A stretch of DNA of 64,000 nucleotides. Source: Yuukianura sp. NJ FZ-2021 (lineage: Eukaryota). This document shows positions 52,044 to 64,000 of the stretch, piece after piece. How positions within the stretch are numbered: position 1 is the first letter of the stretch; every line of letters starts with the position of its first letter. The stretch spans positions 992,001-1,056,000 of the forward strand of contig CM102283.1 in NCBI GenBank assembly GCA_046563655.1, in the 5' to 3' direction. Position numbers and translations under genes: made by a program. The notes below the pieces were generated by a model. It was not told the DNA's origin and ran no database searches. It saw only the letters and a program-made list of their open reading frames with translations.

Positions 52044-54204
52044 ATGGCAAATCCGGAACAAAACCTTGAATGTGTCTCCAATGAACAACTTCATCTGAAT
52101 CCTCTGAGTACAAAGTAAGTTATAGTAAATATGACTTATGAAAGAGTATAATAAAATTGATACCAATCATATTTTTATTAAACTTTGGACTTATTTTTTC
52201 AATTTCATGTTAGTTTAGATTCACCAAAGACATGCGGACCTGTTAGAAACGAGGCACCGGGAGGGTTGTCCATTTCCCAATGGGTTATGAAACTGTCATA
52301 CGCACGACTCCCGCCATTTTGGTTCAAATTTATCTTGTTCATTATTTTGCCACTTGGGATTTGGCTGACTTCATACGTCATAGTGGGAAAAGATGCACTG
52401 CCTGGTGGTTCTATCTTTGTACTTGTTCTACTTGGATGTGGTGGAAGAATTATTGGTAAGAAATAAGAAATTTTTCAAAAAATAATTTTTGAAAAGCAAA
52501 CTTTTGAAATCCAAAATCGTTTTATTTCAGGTTTCGGTTTTGCTCTTATTTCTTTGCCACCAATGCTCGGAATGCTCGGACTGGGTTTAGTTATACGAAA
52601 CGTGCCTTACGTCGATTATGGAAAGCACTTGGATCCTGCATGGTCTCCTCCAATTCGGTACATCTTGTGCTAATACAATGATAAGGCTGTAAAATTTTTC
52701 AAAATTTTGAGTTTATAAAACAAAATTTGTATTTATATAGACAAATAGCCCTAACGGTAATCCTAACCCGAGGAGGACTGGGTCTGGATTTGGAAATTCT
52801 GCGCAAACTCAAGAGTCTGATTTTCAGATTTGCAATTCTCCCAACAGGAATTGAAGCTATGACAGTCGCTGTTATTGGGCACTTTCTTTTGGATTTTCCA
52901 TGGACATGGGCTGTCCTTTTGGGGTAAATTAAAAAAAAAGTTTTCGAAAAAAGTGACAATTTTTCAAAATTTTGAATTTGAAACTTAGCTTCGTGTTGGC
53001 CCCAGTGTCTCCAGCCGTCGTAGTGCCCAGACTCCTGCACCTCAAAGCAGAAGGATTTGGAGTAGACAAGGGAATTCCTGTTTTCATCATTGCAGCAGCG
53101 TGTTTGGACAATGTTTTTGCCATTTCCTGTTTTGGCGTTTGTCTCAATTTTGTATTTCCCACGTCAAGTCTCACTTATTCAATTTTGCAAGGACCGCTCC
53201 AAGTTGTTATTGGAGTGGGTTATGGACTCATATGGGGCTTCTTCCTAGGAACGCTGTTTAATCAAACACAAAACGTAAGTTTTTTAATTTTTTACATTTT
53301 TGATACATTTTTGAATTTTGCTTTTGGAATTATTTTTTAGGCAGATTCAACCATAACCTTCGTTCGGCTAGTTTTGACGTTTGCCGGTGGCGCCATTTCG
53401 GTTTTGGGATTTTCAAAACTGGGGTATTCTGGAGCGGGGGCGTTGGGATGCTTATTGTCGTCGCTTACAGCGTCATGTCTCTGGAGAATACGCAAGGTTA
53501 TCACTATCGGGCAAGTACGGAATTTGAAATGGCGCGGGAAATTTTGAATTCAAATGTACAAAATTTTGGTTTTCGTGGTTTTAGGATCCCGTTGCTTGGG
53601 GCTTATACATTCTCTGGTTCATTTTTGAGCCTCTGCTCTTTGGAATAATTGGGACACAAATTGACATTTTGTCACTGGATCTCCAGTTAGTTCAAATGGG
53701 CGTGGTCACAATCGTCATTGGTGTTGGTGTAAGTCTTAAATTTTCGGAGAAAAACTCAATTTTTAATGAATTTATTTTAGATTTTCTAAAATTATTGTTC
53801 ACTTCTTTGCAATGCTTTGAACGCAGGTTCGGCTTACTGTTGCATTCTTGTCTGTAACGAAAGCTCGGTTTACTCTTAAAGAGAAACTGTTCGCTGCCAT
53901 TGCATGGGTTCCAAAGGCCACTGTCCAGGTACAGCTAACTTTGCAAAACTCCTGCGCAGAAGATCATTTTGTGCCTGCTTCTGCGCATATGTAACAATCT
54001 CATTGAACGTAGGCAGCTATTGGACCTATTGCACTGGACATGGCCGTTTCCCAAGGCACTCCGGAAGAAGACAAAATTTTAGGTGAAAAGATATTGACGC
54101 TTGCGGTTCTCAGCATTCTGTTGACGTCGGCTGTCGGGGAACTCGGAGTAATGCTCAGTGGGCCCAGATTTCTCACCAAGACTCAACAAACGCAACGAAA
54201 CTAA
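52044..54204 (+). CDS. Na+/H+ antiporter, NHA/SLC9B family
   Basis: LPPMLGML, IALTVILTRGGLGLD, LAPVSPAVVVP, GIPVFIIAAACLDN, AWVPKATVQAAIGP. Stop at 54202-54204. Confidence 0.92.
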
Positions 54205-54631
54205 GAAACGGCGTTTTTCAAAAACAAATGCAAATGTTGTGGAGTTTTAGCAAATATGATGGGATGCATAAATACTAGCAACTTTGGAGGAAATTGCAAG
54301 CAATGCACCCGAGTTTGGAATGCAGCATTTGTTCTTGCATGTTGAAAATCCTCATTTCAAAAGAAACGGTCGGCAATTTCGACTTTATTTGTGTACAATT
54401 GTAAACCTATGGGTTTTGTAGATCAGAAATAAACCAATTTCCTTTGACATTTTCCATTCCTTTTTTACTTAGCGCTTTACTTGAATCCTATTTTTTTTTC
54501 ATGCTTCAGTTGGATACGCAGCATCTTTTCGGACGCACTAAACTACAAACGCTCCCGTGAGTACCAAAGTCTCCTACCTCTGCCCTATTTGTAAAGTCCA
54601 ACTTTTTGCCCGGAAAGGTCAACACTTTTTT

Positions 54632-55185
54632 CATGGCTAACAACTTGAACCCCACTATTAGCTTTCCGGGTAACATGGAGTCAGTGAATCCCCTTCCAGG
54701 GATAGGTTCAATTGCTAGCGGAATACAGTTAACCATTTCACAACTGATTGCTACGAAAAAAGTTAAGGTCGAGGTGAAGTCGGCTCAAGGTAAGGCTTTT
54801 GATTGGAAGTTGTAGAAACGTTTCAGTCGAAACTAGCTAACTAACGAAATTCTATATCGTTAACCTCCGTTCATATCTCTTAGGCTCTTCCATTTCATGG
54901 GAAATGTCAAACATACTGGAAGGTGTCTCATTCTTTTCCGCAGAAGTGGCAAGAGCTGGAGCTGACAAGAAATTTAGGTTGGTCATCTTGAACCGCAATT
55001 CTGCTGGTGATCCATCCAATGAAATCATCATTTTTCTGGACGCAACGGGTAAATGAAGATTGACTCTATTAATTGCCAGTCAAATCATAATATAAATAAT
55101 TGACATTATGGTGTTCGTTTCAGCCTATAACATTGTCGAATTGTTCCTGAGTGGAGCAGAAGTTGACGGAATCATTCCACCACTG
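54632..55185 (+). CDS. Orphan protein, paralogue B (first three exons; 3' end not resolved)
   Basis: MANNLNP...KAFDWK / ...RLVILNRNSAGDPSNEIIIFLDAT / YNIVELFLSGAEVDGIIPPL. Confidence 0.6.
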
Positions 55186-56522
55186 GTAAGTTGTTGCATA
55201 TGTGACAATCAAAACGAAATCAGAAAAAGAAATGAATTACCAATAGGTGCATTATAGGGTAAGAAATAATGCATTTTTGGCATGTGCAAAAAGATAGAAA
55301 GAATAGCGTCCGAGTTCTTGTTTCAAATACCATCCGAAACAGACTGTTGTAATTGCAAACATTTCATCTTCTGTTGTGGATTCCACAAGCTTTGGGACTT
55401 TCAACTTTAGTTTGTCATATTTGCATGGCGTAATTGAACTTTTTATGGTCGTAGGTGAGATCATCCGCATCTAGAAGGTTATGACTTCCCTCCAACGCAT
55501 ACTGAAATTTGTTGGCACAAATATTGACCATAGCATGCTAATTTTGGTTTCAGTTACAGATTTTAATTATTTTAACTAAATTTTTAACTTTTCAAATGAC
55601 ATTGACATCAACATTATTAAGTTAGGTTCAGTAGATTAGTGAAAACTAGTGATGTTATTAGTAGAACTTCATCTGCATCACGAACCAATACAGAGTTTCT
55701 GTCATGTCAACATATGCAAATGATGAATAAATCAACAGTTTTTACTCTACAGGCATCACTTATGTTCAGAAAACAAACTTTAAAACTCAAAGTGCGTGTT
55801 TTTAATTTACAGCAAATGCGGATCCAATATGGCTTTCAGAATGTGCAACAAGATCCACCTCTTCACCGCCGCCAGTGAACACTGATTTCTGTTTGTACAA
55901 ACACAGAGTGTCAACAAAACGTTAATTCACACAATACTTTTTGATCAACACTTTTCCTTTAATTTTTCCTTTCCGTCTCAAACGTTAAACTCATGAATTG
56001 CAAAATAGTTAACGTCAAAGCTGTCAAGAATTATTGTTTTTAAGGCATGTTGAAAACAGGCAAAAGTTCCTTTCTTGTTTAATACAGCTAAGAATCAAAA
56101 TTGTAACGCCACTCAGACGTTAAACTCACCCTAAACTAAATAATAATACTAACTAATTCTGGATATGTCAAAAATGGAATTATTGCTGGTAATTTTTACT
56201 ATTATCATTCTACTTTCGGACAATTTTTGCTTTCAATTTTGCCCGCAAGGGACCTACAGTAGGTTTGGGCACTTTATGGTGATAGAGAGGCCAAGCCAAG
56301 CACTTCAAGCACGATAATACATCATCTACCTAACCCATCGTTTGTTTACACTATGGAGTGGCGTAACTTTCAGTTTTTTGCTTCTATTCAAATCCCAAGA
56401 GTTGAATTCTGAAACCGAAACAGTCGAACAGTAGACACTTTGCACTACCTAAACATTACCAACAGTATCCACGTCCTGCTGTAAATCAAAAATTTCGTTT
56501 CTTGTCTTCAAACTTGTCCAAT

Positions 56523-57999
<1,477 letters not shown>

Positions 58000-58933
58000 A
58001 CTTTTTCAGTATATCAGTATCTGGGCATTCGCATGCATTCATTTGTACAGCTCCTAGTAAAAGAAGAAAAAATACAAAAATAATTTTTTTGGCAATTACA
58101 CACGTTTAGCAAGCTTCTTTCTCCATTTTTAATTAATTTTACTTAATTTTACTTAACTTTACAAAAATCAAAGAAAAATCATCTTCTAAATTATGAAATC
58201 GACTTTGTAGGTGCTTGAGGTCTTCAATTTCACTTCCAGTTTAGAAATCACTGGAATTTCGAAACAATAGTTTGTTTTTTGAAGAACAGGCACGTGGGAG
58301 TACTTCAAATCCCAAGGCTATTTGATTGATTTATCAGTTTGGTCTTGGTGTAGCTGTCTACTGTCTAATGAATATTTGGATTTTCGTGCTCGTATGAACA
58401 GCGTTCTAGAACAGAAGCGTTGAAGTTTCAACATAAGTTTGGCTTTTTAGTTAAAAGAAAGGGAAGTGCAAAGCTCGCTGTGTATACAACGCCTATGTCG
58501 AGTTTATTGGTTAAAAATAAGAAAATCAAGCTTAAAAAGAACTAATTTTGAAAAAAGAAGTAATAAAACTTAAATTTTGAGAGATCCACCAAAGCACTTG
58601 TACTTTGATCCGGAGTAATTTTTGTTAACCAAAACATAGCTCTTGACTACGGTGATCGTTGAACAGCCTCTCATCATAGTTAGGGTCAAAGGTCACAACG
58701 AAGACACAATTCCGCATTAAATGTCGTCATGCGATGTACCTGGAACAATGTGCTACTCACATGTCACACACTTGACGATATACTAGATGGATTTTCAAAA
58801 ATGGAACTGAAGATAAACCTAAGTTATTCTTTTAGATAAAAGAGCGCGCATTTTGAGATTTAGACTCAAGTTGTCGATTTGGTTTCCAAATTTTGAAGAA
58901 CGATCGCTGTATTTAAAAAAATAGTTTTAGGTT

Positions 58934-61462
58934 ATGGACGTGGCTAAAGTATTTTCAAAACTCCTTTCTTTTCTTAAACTTTTGTACATAAGTCTTTGGA
59001 CGTTTAAGAGGGATGTAGTGTAAGTTGCTCAATTTTTTACTGTTTCAAAAAATGAAATGCGTTTTTAAAAAAAGCATATTGCTAACAAAAAAAAATTTTT
59101 TTTTATAGTGGAGGTTATAGGTATTTGTTGTCCAGCATCTTGATTTGGATTGCACAGAAACGGAATCTTACAGGACATAAAGTTTTTGACAAAGCAGCAG
59201 CCAAAAACCCAAACAAAGTTTGTCTGTACTTTCAAGATGAAAAATGGACATTCAAAGAGGTGACAACAAAATTTCAAAAAAAAATCATTTTTCAAAATTT
59301 AAATTTTGAAATTGTTTTTAGATTCAAGATCTTTCATACCAAGTGGCAAATTATTTTGCAAATCTGGGGTACGTCAAGGGAGAAAGTGTTGCTCTTTTTA
59401 TGGAAAACAAACCTGAGTATGTCGCCATTTGGTTGGGCTTGTCCAGGGTAAGAGTTATTTACATATTCGTAATTAATTATATTATAATTAATTAATATCA
59501 CTATGACTAATTAATTATACATAATTAATTAATACTTAAATATAATTACATATAATTCAAAGATTGGAGTCGTGTCGGCACTCATCAATACCAATCTAAA
59601 GAACAACGCGCTTGAGCACTGCATTGAAACAGCTTCTTGTCGTGCAATTATTTTTGGCCAAGAGCTGTCTGAAGGTATGTAAAAATTTTAAATTGGACAT
59701 TAGTATGCGCAGAAGTTAATTTTTGAGTCTTTGCGCAGCCGTGAAAGAAATCGTGGACAATGCAAAACTGAAACATTTGTCATTATTTTGTTGGGCATGT
59801 GATGACGCCCAGAAAATCCAAATGGAGAACACTGTTGACATGCGCAGAGAAGTCAACGACGCTTCCAAAAAAGAACCAATAGCGAAGCAGCCTGTTAACT
59901 TTAGAGATGGAATGCTGTACATTTACACTTCCGGTACTACTGGACTTCCCAAGGCGGCAATTATCAAACACTCCAGGTTAGTTATATATTTTTGTTTAAA
60001 AAGTGTCCAAACATTTGTTTTTAAAAAAAAATTCAATTTTTTAAATTTTAGGTTCCAATTTATGACCATAGTCAGTGAAATTATGCACTGGATAACTAAA
60101 GATGACGTTGTCTACACTCCATTGCCTTTGTATCATGCTGCCGGCGGAGTTACTGCAGTTGGCGTAGCTTTTCGCTCAGGATGTAGCATAGTTTTTCGAA
60201 AAAAATTTTCAGCATCTCAGTTTTGGTCTGACTGTGTCAAATACGACGTGACCGTAAGAAAAAATTCTTAAAAAAAAAATCAAAATCAAAATCCAACTTT
60301 TTTTTATTTTAGAATTTTATTTTTGGTTTTTTTTTTTTGCTTAGGTGATTCAGTACATTGGTGATCTTTGTCGATTTCTATTGGCACAACCAGTCAAACC
60401 AGAAGAAAAGCTTCACCAAATCCGATTCGCTTATGGAAATGGTCTTCGTCCAGAAATTTGGGAAAGTTTTACAAGTCGATTTAGCATTCCAAGTATTCAT
60501 GAAATTTACGGGTCAACTGAAGGAAACACAAATTTGGGCAACTTGGACAGTACTGTTGGAGCAGTTGGATTCATTCCACCGCTGTTCAAAAGTTTTTTCC
60601 CCAACATTCTTGTCAAGGTGGACAGAGAGGGTGACATTGTCAGAGATCCTGACACCGGATTGGCTGTGCAGTGCGAGGTCAATGAACCTGGGGAATTGGT
60701 GGGGATAATTAACCCGGGCAGGGTTATGACCCACTTTGAAGGGTAAGCTTATGTTAAACTTCAAAAATCCCAACAATATAAAAAAAATTAGAAAAATTCA
60801 AATTTTTGTGAATTTTGGATTTCAGATATACCGATGACAAAGCAAAACAGAAGAAGATTGCTTCAGATGTTTTGAAAAAAGGCGACGCTGCGTTTCGGTC
60901 TGGCGACATTCTGCGTATGGATGAATACGGTTATCTCTACTTCATGGACAGACAAGGCGACACTTTTCGCTGGAGAGGAGAAAATGTGTCGACGGCTGAA
61001 GTTGAAAATGTGATGAGTCGTGCGGTTGGACTGAAAGATGTTGCGGTTTACGGCGTTTCCGTTCCGGGAAACGATGGAAAGGCTGGAATGGCAAGTATTG
61101 TTGATCCGAACAACGAAGTGAATTTGAAAGAGTTGGCGGGAACTTTGAAAAAGGAGTTGCCGATGTACGCTCGTCCAGTTTTCATTAGAATGCTCAAAGA
61201 AATGCCAATGACAGGTTAGTCAAAAACGTGCAAATAACTTTTGATGAGAAAAAGGTAACGTTTTCAACTAAAAAATTTTAACTTTTGATTTTTTGTGTTT
61301 TTAGGAACTTTCAAACTGAAAAAAGTGGATTTGCAGTTAGAGGGTTACGACATTAACAAATTTTCAGAGAAAACATACATTTTCTCAAACAGCGAACAAA
61401 CCTATGTGCCACTCACAAAAGAAATTCATGCTCAAATAGCTTCAGCCCAGCACAAAATTTAG
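58934..61462 (+). CDS. Fatp: Long-chain fatty acid transport protein (FATP/SLC27A)
   Basis: [51 protein letters not shown]. Stop at 61460-61462. Confidence 0.95.
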
Positions 61463-62840
61463 CTTTAAAAATATTTTAAAATAAGTTGTTTAAATAATTT
61501 GTTCAGTAAAGTTTAAAAGTTTTGTTGTTATTTTGTAATGTTGATGACATGTTACTTAAAATTGTATTCAAAATCGTCACACTACGTCACACAATATGCG
61601 TGTTGCAAACGTACCTGTTGAAACAACTTTCAAAATGAATTGCTCGAGTCCTGAATTGCGTTGGAAGGAAGCAACAATTTGGTTGTGAGGGCGGGAATTT
61701 ATTATTTCGCAACAAGCAAACCCTCAAAATAAAATTTCAAAAAATGGCATTGACTCTGACTGACATTGTAAAATTAAAATGAAGTAAGAAATTGTTTGCA
61801 ACATGCTAGTTTGCCTTTTGAAATTCGTCGCAGCTAAACTCCATTTCGGTGCTTCAAACGCTTTTACAAGGTTTTTTTAAATCAATTATTACAAATTTTT
61901 ACATATTTTGTTATTAGTAAATCTAATTTTATGAATTTTATGAATTTTAGGTAAACAAATCGAACAATACTCATATCACTTCACATCAATTCCGTTTGGT
62001 TTAAAACGCTAAAGTACAAGGTGACATCTTAAGTTAGGATAGATGTTAATCTATCCTAAATTTAAGTTAAATAGAAGTTAAATAATAAAGTTAATAGATA
62101 GAAGTTAAGTAAGATGTTAAGTTAAGATTCTTAACTATAATTATTGTTTAGTATTATGTTTATAATACTAAATTTATGTTCGTGAACAGGTAAATAGTGC
62201 CGGACTTCACTTGGATGTTATAATGGGGGGAAACTACTCGGTGGAACTTGAACATGCCGCTAAAGAACCGATTCTCGTTAAACATTTCTTCCAATTCGAA
62301 GTCATCAGTCACTGGACCATGCAAGCTTTTTTCCTCAGTGCCTGTATTTACTTGCTCACTCTGGCTATCAACCAGATCGTCCTGCTGCTCTCCGTTATAC
62401 TGGCTTCTCCTATTCTAACTACTGCTGTCATGGTTACAGTCCTTCCAGGAAGCGGGGTACTCCTCTTCCAACTGTTCAAGTGGGTCAACGACAATCGCTG
62501 ATCGCAAGTAACTACAGCTGTGAAACTCTATGGAGTGAATTAATCTCTTCTCAAGTTTACAGTAAACTACCACTGCTTCTCCTAACTTAGTTTCACTTTA
62601 ATTAAACCATAATCATAAACTAACTAATCATTGAAGATAATATTAATATTGCAACCTACCAGAAATATTGTGCTTTTGTCGCAAATTAGTAACTACTATA
62701 GAGTGGTAGACTTATCAGATTTATCACTATCAAAGCCAATTACTGAAGTAAAATGAAACTTTTTTTTCCAACTATTGCCAGTTGCGCTTGAAAGTTACAA
62801 AAAGCGCAGATAGCACTTACTTTTTAAAGCTGTTTTTTTA

Positions 62841-63560
62841 ACCCTTCAAAAGCGGATACTTACAAAAGCGGATCCCTACAAAAGCGGATTCCTACAAAAG
62901 CGGACCCTTACAAAATCGTATCCCTACAAAAGAGGATGCCGGGCTATCCTTGTTTTTGTTAAGTTTCTCATACGTGGTTGTATGATTGGTGTTTAAAAGA
63001 AAATTTTATGCGAATCGAGTAGTTTCCACCCATTTCAAATAACCCGACTGATCACTTTTAGGTAAACGGAGTGATGATGCAAGCTTTCCTGTTTCCATAC
63101 AATTTAGTTTAAAGTAATATAGTAATTATAATGAAATATAACGTGAAATGTCAAAAAACTAGACCTTGCGAAATGATTGGTTTAAACAAACAATTCGATT
63201 TTACGGTGCTGTATGATGAGGATGAAGTAATATTTCACACTTTAACACTCCGTTTACCTAAAAGTGATCAGTCGGGTTATTTGAAATGGGTGGAAACTAC
63301 TCGATTCGCATAAAATTTTCTTTTAAACACCAATCATACAACCACGTATGAGAAACTTAACAAAAACAAGGATAGCCCGGCATCCTCTTTTGTAGGGATA
63401 CGATTTTGTAAGGGTCCGCTTTTGTAGGAATCCGCTTTTGTAGGGATCCGCTTTTGTAAGTATCCGCTTTTGAAGGGTACGATTTTGTAAAGTAGCTTTT
63501 GTAAATTATACGCTTTTGTAAGAGTACGATTTTGTATATACGCTTTTGTCGGCGGACCCT
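62841..63560. mobile_element. Foldback-type element with long perfect inverted arms and ~17-bp subrepeats
   Basis: 62841-63073 is the reverse complement of 63246-63478, with a 172-bp spacer. TACAAAAGCGGATCCC-like subrepeats continue to about 63550 on the right only. Confidence 0.85.
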
Positions 63561-64000
63561 GCGTACATCAGACTAAGAGTACCCTGGTCCATCTGTACGC
63601 TTACACCTAGTTTTTAGCGTACATTTGTTTAAGCGTGCGGGTTTTTTGCACATACGATCAATTGCCTGTACGCTTAGGCGATTTCACGCGTTCAAAACTT
63701 TTCTGAAATAAGTTATTGCAATTTTTAAAAAAATTCTCGGATTAAAGTCATGAGTGAAAGGGTAATTTTTAATCACAGCAACTGCATTAGAAGTGGGAAA
63801 TTATAAAATAATTTTGCCACCCATATCCCTCCATACTATGTAATGCTGATTACGGGAAGACTTACGTAAAACACCTCGACATTGGTCTTTTCAATCGCCG
63901 ATAGGGGCAAAATTGGCTTGAAATGTCAGAAAATTGTCAAAAATTCGCTAAAAATACCTCCTTTTTGTCAAATTCTGAGAATATTTTGCTAAATATTTTT

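Noticed and set aside
53505-53520. GC-AG intron in the NHA gene
   Set aside because: The reading frame is satisfied by the canonical GT donor CAA|GTACGG.
62190-62560. Hydrophobic 96-aa ORF
   Set aside because: Non-ATG start, ambiguous frame, no recognisable homology, and adjacent to TE sequence.

Overview
Eukaryotic, AT-rich, gene-dense DNA with many short (about 60-100 bp) GT-AG introns. The gene content points to an arthropod; a springtail (Collembola)-like hexapod is my inference only. Recognisable genes: troponin T (with a 3-nt micro-exon), an LRAT/PLAAT-family enzyme ending in CaaX, a Gly/His-rich protein, a secreted C-type-lectin-like protein, two near-identical aaNAT-like GNAT acetyltransferases, a secreted GH81 endo-beta-1,3-glucanase with fascin-like beta-trefoil repeats (candidate horizontal transfer, now intron-rich), CLASRP, an EB/Cys-rich protein, SUV3 helicase, a Fasciclin-3-like Ig protein, an NHA/SLC9B antiporter, LDH and FATP. 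There are also several orphan genes, two of them duplicated. Non-coding structure is rich: foldback/MITE elements, a three-layer nested insertion (Helentron-like > foldback > tRNA-derived SINE), a HINE family, and a duplicated TATA-driven unit with no ATG and covarying hairpins at 48.9-51.6 kb, which is the best candidate for an undescribed non-coding RNA. Exon boundaries were read by eye and are approximate unless stated; no database searches were run.
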